Shown here piece after piece: positions 37,000 to 49,795 of a DNA stretch of 60,417 nt. Origin of the DNA: Pseudovirgaria hyperparasitica. Its lineage: Eukaryota. How positions within the stretch are numbered: the stretch's first letter is position 1; each line of letters opens with the position of its first letter. The notes beneath the pieces were generated by a model, which saw only the letters and a program-made list of their open reading frames with translations, ran no database searches and was not told the origin of the DNA. The position numbers and the translations under genes were made by a program. The stretch is taken from NCBI GenBank assembly GCA_010093815.1, contig ML996589.1, one strand, 5' to 3'.

Positions 37000-39900
37000 T
37001 TTCTATATTCTAATTTTCCTTGAGTTACCTAAGTGTGGGCACCGTATATAAATTAGTTTATCTCTATAAATTCTATTAGAGTACCCGAACTAGTAGCCTA
37101 GTAGTTATTAGTTTAGATACTCTAACCTTTTATATTTCGTGTTAAGAGTTTAATTCTATGGTAGGGTACCTTTTTTTAGGTTCTTGGTCCTATGTTTTTC
37201 TTATATATAATAGTCTATGTTAGTCTATTCTAGACTCTTCTATATTATTCTATTATAGTATATCGCGTCGCGTTTCTAAAATGGTTATTTACGCTTTCTT
37301 CGCGTCTAGTAACTATACAACGCTTAAATTATAGGGCTACTATATAGAGTTTTTCTAGTGCGTGTCTAGATTTCCTAGTTTAGCACTTCATTCTCTACGG
37401 TATCCTTCTTCTTTTTATAATGACCGCGACGTCGCTATACTTATATTAATAATACGCTATTCTATATCTTTTACTTATATATAGCTATTATAGAACTTAA
37501 GATATGTACCGCTAGTTCCTAGGTATCCTCGTTCTTAGTATAGTCCTTCTAATAGATTCTATATTTCTAAATACCGTCTTTATCGATCCTATGTTTAATA
37601 ATATAGTCTACTTTAAATACATCTAGTCTATCTTAGAGTATAATAGAGTGTAACTACACGTTTATACGGCTATACACGTTAGGTCGAAATCTTTCGAGTA
37701 GTAAGACGTAGAACATATTATAGATTCTTATATCGCTTCCTAAGTCGAGCTCGTAGACTCTTATACCGATATAACGTTTAATTCGGAAGGGACTAGCCAT
37801 TTTATAATCGAGCTTCTTATTTACTCGCGATATTCGTATATTACGGACGTTAAGAAGGACCTTGTTGCCCTCCTCGTATATCTAATCCTTAGCTAACCTA
37901 TTATAGTACTTCGTATACGAGTCGTTTACTTATTAGATTATAGCGCGATAGTTACGTACGGTTTTAAAGATTTTAATTGCTAATTTCTAAGCGTGGACGT
38001 TCACGTCTATTATTCGATTAAATTAGACCGTCTAAGGCTTAAAACCTATCCTTAGACTACGTCTAAGGTTCGCCTAGAAAGGTATAATATCTATCGTGCT
38101 ATAACGACTATTATTATATATAAACTCTACTATACTTAGTAGAGAGGCCTAGTCGTTCTACTCGAAATTATAGAATACGCGTAGATAGGCCTTGAGTATC
38201 TAGTTCTATTACTCTATCTAGCCATCCGTCTAAGAATAAAATACTATAGATATGTTTCTATTTATACTTACCATTTCGTAGAATAACGTCTAGAATTTAG
38301 ACGTGAAGGTACTTCCTCGGTCTATAACGATCCTTTTTAGTATACTATAGACCTTAATAATCTCGTTCTAGAACACCTACGCTAGTTCTTTAGATATAAT
38401 CGTCTTCTATACCGGGATATACCTAGATATCTTTATAAGTCTATCTACGATAATAAGAATAGAATTATAACTTATTCTAAGTATCTCGCTTAGAGGTAAG
38501 TTAACTATAAAGTCTATAGTAATATCTTCCTATATAAAGAGGGGGGCTAAAAGAGGCTATAAATTCCTATATAGCTTATACCTAGGGGCCTTCGTTCTTT
38601 AATAAATCGGATAAGTAGCTATCTATTCTTTAATATACTTAGGTATATCTTTCTAAAAATAGTACTAATAAATTAAGCTTAGGGTACGTATATACCTAAA
38701 GTGTCCTACTAGGTTAGCGTTATAGTATCGGCTAACTATATTAAATCGCGCGTTACCTGTCGGTATATAGTACTTTCTATTATAGTAAAGTAAGCCGTCT
38801 ACGAAGGTCCACTTATAGTCCACTTTAGTCTATAATAATCTATCTTACTATATTTTACGTAACTTTAAAACTATCGGGTCTGTCTTCTATAGATCCACGA
38901 TTAACTAGGTAAGGTTAATTAGATATTTACGCTAGGTATTATCGCCCTTCCCGATAGTACTAATAAACGGCCTACTAGGGACTTTAGTACCGCGTCTTTA
39001 GTTACCGGCTTCGGTCTTAGAGATTTAATTACCGGCATCGACGTTAGCATCTCGCTAATCGCCTAATAACTTAAAATCTAACCTTGTCCTTAAGAGTTAG
39101 GCCTATAGCTACTCTAGAACCCTATAGCTACTATAATTCTAGGCACCTTCTTTATAGTTAGGTCTTCTTAATATTCTATTAGCTAGGTTTATACTTCTAG
39201 ATTAATAGTAGATTATAAAGTAAAAGTTTGTAAGCTACTTAGCCTATTAGACCTATTAACGGTTTAAAACCGTTATACTTATAAACCCCTTTAAGTTATA
39301 GTAATTAGTTAGTAACTCGACGTTATATATAGTACCTTTAAGATAATATCGCCACTATTTAAACGACTCTACTATTACTAGTAGCTCTTAGTTATAGATA
39401 GTATATCTAGTCTTAATATTAACTATTTTACGTGAGAAGAACGCAACTAAATACTATTAGACCTTTTTAGACTTAGTTAGTCTAGGCTAGAAGAGAATGC
39501 CTAAGATTATAAATCCTAACGCGTCGGTTTCGACGCGGATAGGTTTAGTTAGATTAAAGTACACTAGTAATAGGGTAGTTATAAATACCTCTTTGATTTT
39601 CTCGAAGGAGGCCCTTTCGCCTTCCGATAATTCTATAGACTATAATTTAATATTATACTATTTCTATCCACCGCGGACTATAATAGATAAATCTATAGTA
39701 GTAGTACGCGTGTTAAGCGGTGCTACTAGCCGGGAGAAATACTTAACGAATTTTTAGTAGTAATTAGCGAATCTAATAAAGATACGTATATCTTAAACCG
39801 ATTTTAGTTTAGGCTAGTCCACGATAGTAGCGACCCTATCCCTTTCTATAGTTATATCTTAATTAGTAATAACGAAGCTAAGGAAGTTAATATAGTCCTA

Positions 39901-41150
39901 GTGGAACTCGCATTTAGATAGCTTAATATATAGCTTATATTTTTCTAGCCTATCTAGGACTACGCGTACGTGCTAGATATATTCTTCTTTATTATTAGAG
40001 AAGATAAGGATGTTATTAAGGTATACGATGCACGTTATATCGAGTAGGCCTACTAGCGCGTTATTAATATACGCTTAGAAGGTTCCTAGCACGTTAGTTA
40101 GTCTAAAAGGGACTACTATATACTCGAAGTATCTATAACGGGTTCTAAACGCCGTTTTCTACTTATCGCCCTTCTTAATATATAGGCGGTAGTAGGCGTC
40201 GTATAGATCGAGCTTAGTAAAGATCTTCACGCGCTCTAGTCTATTAATAGACTTAGAGATAAGAGGTAGTAGGTAACGATTCTTTCGCGTAATATTATTT
40301 AGGCTATAGTAGTCGATATATAGACGGAGACTCCTATCCTTCTTCTTTATAAAGAGAATTAGAGCTCCGGCTAGGGATATACTAGGTCTAATCCATCCTC
40401 GCGTAAGGTTCTTTTTAATATATTCTCGGAGGACCTATAGCTCGGGTTCTAATAGAGGGTAGATAGATCCGTATAGGGGTTATTAACCGTCTTTAAGGTT
40501 AATAGTAAGGTCGGTAGATTAGTATTAAGGTAATTCGGACGAGTCGATCGCTAACGCGATATATTAGTATATTTTATACTAATATAGTAGGTTTTCGTCT
40601 ACTTTAATACTAAGCTCTCTATTTTAAGTAAGTAAGAGGATGTAGATAGCGGAGATTACCTTTTCGTAGTCCTTCTAGAATTATTCATCGTCGACTAGCT
40701 ATACTAGGTTCTATTATAGTAGGTATATATACTAGCTAGCTGTTTTCTAGATAAAGTCTAGTTTCGGGTTATATTTTTTAAGCTATAGTATACCGAGGAT
40801 TATATCGAAGGGACTATCTACTATAATAAAGGTTAAGTAGTAGGGTTTCTACTTCCCCCCGCTATCCTAGATACCGTATTTAATAGTATAGATACCCTAT
40901 AATTTAATAGGACCGTCGATACTATAGAAGGTAGCATCTATTAGTACTTAAATATCGATATTAAGTTCTTATACTCGTTAAGTTAATATAATATTAGTAG
41001 CTAAACCACTATTAAGTATTACGGTCTAATATTATCTATAAGGGACCTTAATAGGCGTAGCCTATAGTTCGATGTACTAGTTAGCTAGTTATCCCTCTAT
41101 TTTAGTTATACCTATAAGTTATAAGGGTTCCTTATAGGTAGTTAGTTTTT
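37000..41150 (-). pseudogene. pol: pol of element B
   Basis: Same RT, RNase H, integrase and chromodomain motifs as A (chromodomain at ~37490-37620); 3' end approximate. Confidence 0.9.
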
Positions 41151-42524
41151 TATATCGTGTACCGGGTAGTTAGGCGCGATATATCCTAGCTACTAGCACT
41201 TATAGTATATAACTAACTTAGTATCTATATTAGTATTCGGTGGTTTCCCTAAGCGGTACTCGGGTGCTATATAGTCTATCCTACTATAGGTATAGTAGGT
41301 GACTTTAGGTCGTTTATATAAGTCGTTTCTCGCGTCTCGATATATCGACTAGTAGAAAGATCCGCGGTACGGGCCTCGTCTTCTCGAGTTCGTGGAGTAG
41401 TAGCGCCCACGAGATATTCCGCGCGATCTATTACTAAACCGGTCCTCTTTAGATAATTTTATATTAGATTAGATTAATAGGGATAGTCATGCGCCTATAT
41501 AATGTTAGTTATTTATTATACGCTAATATCGTTCTACGAGATTCGTGAGTACCTAAAGGTTAGTAGAGATAGACGTTATAAGGTCGATACGTTCCTTTAC
41601 GCTCGGGTTAAGGGACCTTTTAAAGTCATCGTATTATTAAACTATATAATCTTCCTCGGCTTCTCTCTAAAGAGGTTAGAGGTATTCGAGGAGTTATAAT
41701 AGGGATTATCTCTCTCGCTATTAAGTCTTAAAGATATAGCTCTAAGTCTATTCGCGTTGCTCGGCTCTATCGCCGAAGTATTAAAGAAGGAATTCGGTGA
41801 ACGTGTCCTAGTTATACGTATCCTTAGGGTATTTAATTCGATATACCATCTAACGTTTAGATAGCGTTAGGTCTAGGTAGTTCTATATAAACCTAATCTT
41901 ATTACTATCGTTTATAAATAGGTAGAAGAATCAGCTATACTAGTAAGCCTATTTATAAAAGCTCCTTCTAGTTTTACCATTAAAGTAAGGTAGTTTCTTA
42001 GGCTAAGGTAACTAGGATAGTAATAGACTTGGTTAGACTATTTCGGCTTAAGTTAATCTATATTAGTATAGATTAGTTACTACTAGTATAAAAGCGCGTA
42101 GTACGGCTTCGAGTCTAGCGGTTTATCCTCGCGCTTCGTTAAGTTCGCGAAGTTACTACTTAAGCTAAGTCTAACGCTACCTCTCCGTGTATAGCTTAGT
42201 ATATATATTATTATAAGGCGTGGTTAACGTTAGTTAGTTCTAACGAATTAATTTATTAACGTTAATAGGGTCTAGTCTTATAGTAAGGATAGGTCTAGTA
42301 TAGTATAAACTAGACCGCGATGGAGTATAATAGACTCCTTCCTTATTATCTAGGTAATCTTCTATGGTTATACGGAATACTATACTAGTTATTAGTACGA
42401 TAGCCTATAGAGTATACTTATTAGTAGAGGTGGTCGTAGAGAGACTATTCTCTTCGTTTAGATTTAGAGAGAGTCTCTTATATAAGGTAGTGCCACGGGT
42501 ATTATAGCGCGTAGTAGGAGCTAT
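41142..42524 (-). pseudogene. gag: gag of element B
   Basis: RIP-altered start at 42522-42524; zinc knuckle at ~41165-41210; slippery site at 41145-41151. Confidence 0.85.
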
Positions 42525-42565
42525 CTCTATAAGCTACTATCGTGCTATATAGAGAGGAATTAAAA

Positions 42566-42803
42566 TATAAAGAGTAAAGACGTAGGATAGTAGTCTAATA
42601 GTTCATAGAGAGATATAGGAATATATTTATAGAGTAATCTTACTCTTATACGAGGTTGATTCCTAATAAGTAGGAATCGGTTTATACGGTCTACTTATAT
42701 AGTGACCTTACTTAACTTAGCTAACTTAACCTAGCTCTAGCCACTACGTAGCTGCATGGATTAGAATAGTCCATATAGATCCGTTGTGGTTCCCGTCCTA
42801 ATA
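42566..42803 (-). repeat. 5' LTR of element B
   Basis: Direct repeat of 34761-34998; minus-strand TATATAA at 42695-42701. Confidence 0.95.
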
Positions 42804-45589
42804 ATTCTTTTACTAAAGTAGAGAATTATATTCTAGTTCTCTTATATACTACTATCGATCTTTTTATATGCTACCTAGGGACGTATCGGTATATTATTAG
42901 AACATTTTATAATTCTAGAGCTAAAAGTAGAACGAATGTAGCCGTTTATTCTAGCCCTTTAGCGGCTCGAAGCTATATAATCTAACCTTGAAGAGGAAAA
43001 GAACTAGCGGTAATCTAAGCGGTTAGAATCACATGATAAAATTGGCTATATATATGTCTATAATTGCGTTTACACACACCATACAATCTTACCTACAGCT
43101 GCATCACTCGCTAATATGCAACTTCTGCATAATATCGCCATTCTTAATTTCAGAACGTTGATGAAATCTAGTTAGTAGGCGATGCGGCGTCGAGGGATAG
43201 TGATATAAGTATACCTCTAGTACTTCCATCGGCTAAAGTTAGAAAGAACGTGCCATGTCTCATGCATTACGTATATCTCTTTTAGGAGTTTTTCACTAAA
43301 GTAAGGACGCTGTCTAGCCAAGAAGTAATAACTAGTCTTTAGGTAGCAGTGATCAAACAAAGTAGTTTGCTATGGCCACTTAACACCACAACCTAACTGT
43401 CTATAACCGATTATTAATAGGATGTAATGTATCTACTAACACGATAAACGATGCTCTTATTTTCGCTCTTCTATGGGAGGGTAGCGAGGGAGAAAACAAA
43501 ACAACAGCTTACTTCAAATTACATGTACCCTGAATAAGAGAAGTACATCCCTCAAGAGAGCAAGACAGACGGCATTTAGGCGCTAGAATGTGCATTGCAT
43601 GAAAGTAGCATAACCGCAGAGGACTCTGTGGTTTCATCGCACCGCATTAAGCTTCAACGACGTATCCACCAGGTGGCGAAGCTTTTATATAGTTTCAAAA
43701 TAGATAGTAACTTAAGGAAGGCAGCTGCAAGCTTTGTTACTATCCCTTGTATTGGTAGTCTTAGGCTTGATCTTTTAGAATGCGGTATACTCAACTGATA
43801 GATAGGGGCTATTACTTATCATAAAACAATTGCTGGAGATGTAAATTGGATTCGAACCTTTATCCAGAGCTTATAAAGGAAAAGGCTGCACGTCTAGCAC
43901 GTCTATTCCGCTCTGAAGTTTCGCCTTTCGAGAAGGTATATCATGAAGAATGGCGATGTTGGTATTTTCTTTGGAGCCCTGGAGCTCGAACCGTGGTGAG
44001 GGTCAATCTCGCGGTCGTCCAGCGACGAGATCCTACGTTTACTTGAGGCGCGTTACTGTCTTATCGTAGTGCTCGTAGCCTGGTATGGGAGACGTGCGTA
44101 CGCGATTCTTTGCAATGACAGCTGATTCCCAGCTCGTCCAACATTGTTCATTACTACGGGGGCTAACAATATCAACTCCTGTTCTCCGTTACCCTTATGC
44201 TACCACTAAGACCTTTCATAGCATTCTATCTACTATATTACATCTTATTATCGGCGATAAACGCCCTTAAGAGCTGATATATCAGTAGCTTTGTCCGTTG
44301 AAGGTATACTTTGGAGGAATATAACTACGATAGTAATTGACGCCTAGTATGTAGCAAAAAGTCCATCGTTGACCCTCATGTTAGTATTGATGTTCTAACT
44401 TATTCGGCCAGCACACGCATCAAAAGATCTGTCATCGCTAGAGGAGATGGTTGCAATGCTCCTGGCAGCAAACAGAGCCAGAAAGTTGTCTCTGATCGGC
44501 ATTTTAAAGCACTAAGAAACTCAGGAAGAAATAAATGCAGAAACACAGGCAGAAACGCTCGCAGTCGGAAACGCACGCAGAAACGCACGCAGATATGCCC
44601 ATATGCCACCGCTGTACGAATCCCCCTCGCAAGGCAAGATGTAGATACATGTTTAGTGTTCTATAAGCGTACATGTCCAGCGTAATTGAAGCTCCGTCTG
44701 GTACTGGGTTGGATCTTCTCTTTACCCTCGCTTGGCGTTTGCGTATGTTTCTACCGTTTCTCGATGTGTCCCTAATGATATTACGGACTGTCGCAACGTA
44801 TGAGAGATGCATTGCTTTTGGTAGCATTAGGAATGTGGAGGAGACATGGCTTTCTCGTGTCGGGACCGAGCCTAGGGGGGCTGGGAGGATGAAAGGGCGA
44901 GGTTGAAGCATTTACTATTGGGGTCACTGTTGAAGGATATGATGACACATTGAGGGTAAGCTCATAAGGATCGTGTACCTATTAAAAATGAGAAAAGATA
45001 GATGAATACACGGCTTGATGCACATACATTGCAGTCTAGCATAGCTATGGGATCTTGAAATCCTACATTATGGTGAGTACAAAGGTATCAACGCTATCTC
45101 GCCATTCGGAACCCCCACAGCGACTTATTGTGGACAACAGACTGCGAAACGGTCCATGCCTCGCATTGTTGGCCCTTCCTGCGTCACTTTCACGCCCAGC
45201 TGCGTTGTAGCTAGGTCGACCAGAGAAATCAACACTCACCACGTCACGTCGCTTGCGCCCAGCTCCGCACCTCTTATATTATCGCGGCAAAAATGACAGC
45301 GCGAATTTTTAGTTTGTGGCTCAGGGGGCCATGCGAGTATCCTCATCGCAAATAACCCCTATAATCATCACGACAATGTAAGAACTAAACTATTTTAGCT
45401 GTGATATCTAAGCGGGATTACAATGTGCATCTATCGGTGATAAGCCCTAGAATAAATGCGTGAGAAATCGGCGTAGTTACACATCTCCGAGTCTAATAGA
45501 CGCGACGCAGACTGTTACTATGTAGTGTCGACTATTAGAGACTCCCTGTGTGTGGCATGAGCTGTTAGGTCAATCTAGAAACGTTTAGG

Positions 45590-46450
45590 CTATCTCTTCT
45601 TCGTAAGGATCTCTTATAACGGGGTCTGTTCGTCGTTCGGTGTATCGACCCGAACGCAAACCTAAACTCCTGCGCCGCTTCTTGGGACTGGACTTGGACT
45701 TCTTTGGCTGTGGGCTGAGCAGTGGTGGCAGCGCCTCTACTGTGACAGGCATTAGCCTAGCCATCCTTTTAAAGACCCACGAATATCCAAATATGCGACG
45801 AGACTTTCGCTTCCTGTCTCGCCGATGTGGAACTTGTTTTCGAGTGCTAGGGAGCCGTGTAAGGTTCGTAGAGATCTGTATCTATTAAACATGGTGAAGT
45901 ACTAGACATTAACACGTCATATCCAGAGCGTGCAGGAGGTGGCAATAGGAGATATTTACTTAAAGATTCTTAAGAAGACTCTCCGTATTCTTGATGGTCG
46001 ACACCATGTATAGCTTTAGAGCTAGAACGGCAATAACGTCGCCCACGGCCAGGTTCTAAGGGTTGGCGCCGCAGGCCTCGCCGTAAATGACGATACTTCC
46101 CACTACCGGCGCGGTAGGTTCCTTGCCATCTTCTGGTGTGGGAAACAGCATCGCCTGTAGATGGTAAGGAGACTAGGATCCGCTGTTGTAAAGGCCCTCT
46201 GTGTATTCGATATTTGACGGGTCTTCTTTACAACATTGTTTCTTGTTAAATCATGTTCACGGCGCTCGACAGCCATGTTTTGGTGTTAACCTGGAGGTTG
46301 ACGGCGAAAGAATATCTCAGCATCGAAAATTTGAGGCATTCGGCACCATGGCTATGTCCCATGATGTCCCCGAAGTGGCTGTCGATGCCGCTTGTAGATG
46401 GATCGTTGGGAAATTCTAAGGACTTCTAGATAACCCACGAGGCTTTTTCA
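45590..46450 (-). pseudogene. RIP-damaged hypothetical spliced gene
   Basis: Frame ...PVVGSIVIYGEACGANP(Q)NLAVGDVIAVLALKLYMV..., a GTAAAT...TAG intron at ~45902-45960, then YFTMFNRYRSLRTLHGSL. Confidence 0.4.
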
Positions 46451-49400
46451 AGGACGGATCTACTATTGGAAATTTTGTGTTCAAACCTGTGGCACAGATT
46501 AGCGAGGTTGGTCAAGGCTTACTAGACTTTGTCCCTGGCTGTGTAGATCGACTTAAAGGTTATACTTATAGCTCTAATTAGAGGTTTTAGTAGGCTTATT
46601 AGAGCTGGAGTGGACGCTGTTAACTCGTTGGGGTGCGGACATTTTCGTGGTGTGAAGGCACAGAGCTGGATTCTAAGAGTTTCCAGTGTTATGCTTCTTA
46701 ACGATACGAGGTATAGTTCTAACGTTACTAGATTAACAGAAGATGAAGCTGGCAAAGAAGACGATCGGACATGTGCGTATGTTTGTGAGTAAGGATAGGG
46801 GAGTCAGGCTAGAGCAAGCCAAACTGCGCCCTCTCCACCCTCCCACTCCCAAGAGGCAAGTAGATATCAAAACAGAGGGTCCCCTTGTCTCCTCGTGGTT
46901 GGACGTGGTTATTGGACTATGCGTTGTGCGAAAAATATATGCATATATAGAGTGCACGTTGTGTACCGTACCATTGTGAAAACCAGCAACGGGACTTACC
47001 ATTGATTGGATATTAGACTTTTATATCTTGCTTGACATACTAGCTGAGTTGTAAGTGAGGTGGTGTCCAGTATTTTAGCCGAGTTACTGTCACATATTCA
47101 GCTTCAGACAGCTTGAGGCAACTTGAGACCAGCTGTGCAGGGCAAGTTGTCGTCTAAGAGAGCAGAAAATCATGTAGCACCAAAACCACATCTCTGGGCC
47201 TGGAAAGATGGAATCGATGACCTTTGTCACGCCTTGCTCATCTTCAGCGTACATAACACCGTCCGCTGAGTTTTCCTGTCTTTACTATTATTGTATCGCC
47301 TACATAGGAGGGCAAATTCCTGTCTGAGATGTCTGCTCCTATCCGCTAAAAGCGCGCCGTGAACAGTTTTAATTACGCTATACTCGAAAACACCAAGGAG
47401 TGTTCTAAGAAATAAGACAAACACGCAGTTAAAAAAACAATGCGCTAACGATAGCATTATGATTCACTTACCTTCAATCAATCAACTATCTTACTAGCCA
47501 TCTATTTCAAAGGTCTATAGGTAACAGTCTAACACCGCAAAGGCGTCGATATTTGTGTGTATCTATTGGGTTGGGGCTATGCCTTAGGAGGGCCACCATC
47601 CATCAGTTTCCGTGAGTGGATAGATACAATTACAGAAGAAACGTAACATGCTGTTACACCACAGTTGCAGGGGCCTGAGTATCGCGCAGAGGCCTAGGCT
47701 AGCCAGCCTGACGACGTTGCCACTGAAATGACCGAATTTCCTCACAAGGCTGTGTACCTAACAGCCTGCGCCTTGAGCGATAAATTCGCAATATCACCGA
47801 ATTGAACATGTTGGGCTTATCCCGGCGAGATCGCCAGCCATGGGGTCTTTGGAGACTATGATGGTTGATGAGTAAAATGCCGTGATACGGGGGAAGCAGC
47901 CTTGTGAAGAATCTTGTACTGTTCTCAGGACTGGTAGATGGGATGAATCAGTTTATGCTCGAGGCCTTGAAAACGACTTGACAGTTTCCAGCCATTGCGT
48001 GGATATGAAGATGATGCGGTCATAAGGTAGTGGTGAGGAGCAAGCCACCAGGCCTGTCTTTAGGTGCTTGTAACCAGTATAGCTAACTGATTGGCGGAGA
48101 ATCCTGCATGCATTTGCAAAAAACTAATCTTGCATGTTGATACACGTCGACGCAAATGGACACCTGGACAAGCGTGGATAATTCTAGAGATCTGGGAGCT
48201 TCCATGGCATCTCCACGCGCATCACGGCTCAGCCGGAGTCCCTTGCTAGTATTGTTCATGCACTGCGGTACAACGTGAAAGAGGTGTTGAGGTGCACGGT
48301 GTTTATCCATGTCGGGGAATCGACGTTCTTTGTCTTTGACACACATGCCCGCTATGTCCAGCATGTAAAAATTTGAACTTGCCCTCTAGCTACTCTGCTT
48401 CCTTGTCCTTATCTGCAACGTTGCATCTAAACACGATCTTGTCGAGCTCTGCCCAGTCGTTACCGCGATCGTCAAGCCTGTGCTCAGCCTCCTCTATCCT
48501 AGTATAAGTATAATACCCTATTTCGCGAGCGGATAATACAATCAATAGAAACTATGCAGTTAGCGTGTGTATCTATTGCCGGCGCAAATGTCGGTGCGCT
48601 TCCGAGCGCAGAAATTGGGCACCACGGCAGCCATGGTAGATATAGTGAAGCAAAACGGGCTGCACTAGTAGACTACCCACGAATGATGCACGAGAAGCTT
48701 AACACGGGTCCTAGAATATCACACAATACGCCATGCCTTTAACTTAAGCCATGACACAATACGACTCTCATTCTTTCCCAGACATATGTGTAGATCGCTT
48801 CTATTCTATTTTGATTTCATACATGCTAGATTCGGGCGCTCGGTTCTTCCAATACGGGTGCTATGCCCTACACACGTAGCACCAAATCCGTCACAAGGAG
48901 TCTCACGCTAGAGACCTATCCTTGAAGACTTTACAGGTTCGTATCGCATACATTGTTCTTCATAACCACTCTCTCGCCTACATAGCCGCAAAGTCAGTGC
49001 CAGCCGCCATTAGTACCAGTTGCTTCGTCTCTAGCCTCTGGAGTTTATACTCTCTAGGTTACTCTAGCATCGCGATTCCAGCCAGACTTCGGCATATACG
49101 ATCTTCCAAAGAGTTCGTAGTTTCCCTTGTGACGATGACGGGGGACTCTGCTACGCGACATATACTTCAAATATCTTTTTGTTTGAGCATTTAAACGTGC
49201 AGGACAGGTGAGATTGGTGCGGTTCTAGTCATAGGTCGATCTAGAGGCTGTTAAACACAAAGTTTAGAACTCGAATGAATGCGGATAGGTTCTAGAAAGA
49301 GCTATAGCAAGCGAAAGCTGAGCTTGCATGGATTCAGGCTGATTTCAAGTATGACGCGATACCGAGCATGCGAAATATGGTATAATACTTACTAAATCGC

Positions 49401-49795
49401 AGAGAAAGCACGACACATAGCTCCAGCATATGCAAGAGAGCAAGACGAAGTCCGAGGTGAAGCTACGGCGCGTCAGTGTCTCATTTACGAATCTCGAGGC
49501 CAAGTACGTGCAGCCTCATGACATAGCAGGATTTCGCTTGAAGGGTTAGAAGTTATTTGCGCGAGCCGTAAGATGCCCATATACATGGAGTGATGGTTAT
49601 AGATATCACGGAGGTAAAAAGTTGTAGATTAGACGCATTTGTACATATATTTTGAGCTTGGATTACCTACCAAACGACGTGGCTAGCATGATGTCATACG
49701 CTGCGTCCCGCTTGCTGGCTGAACTTCACACCATAAACGCCGTACTAATCCTCAAAACTGGTTTCATATAATCAATGCCAGCAAGTACAAAACCA

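Larger units (their letters stand above)
34761..42803 (-). mobile_element. Ty3/Gypsy chromovirus LTR retrotransposon, copy B (8.0 kb, uninterrupted)
   Basis: 238-bp LTRs at 34761-34998 and 42566-42803; 5-bp TSD ATTCT at 34756-34760 and 42804-42808; collinear with A. Confidence 0.95.
13400..43050. other. AT-rich RIP-mutated repeat block
   Basis: Strong excess of TpA, depletion of CpA/TpG, and conserved TE motifs carrying Trp/Gln-to-stop and Cys-to-Tyr transitions; long ORFs are nearly absent. Confidence 0.95.

Noticed and set aside
26625..41699. Plus-strand ORFs 26625-26900, 39497-39757 and 41502-41699
   Set aside because: Antisense shadows of RIP-mutated gag/pol
44535..44595. Short imperfect 12-bp repeat gcagaaacgcac
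   Set aside because: Ordinary low-copy minisatellite with no associated structure
47600..49200. Protein-like minus-strand fragments (48083-48364 and neighbours)
   Set aside because: Could not assemble a consistent gene model or recognise a family
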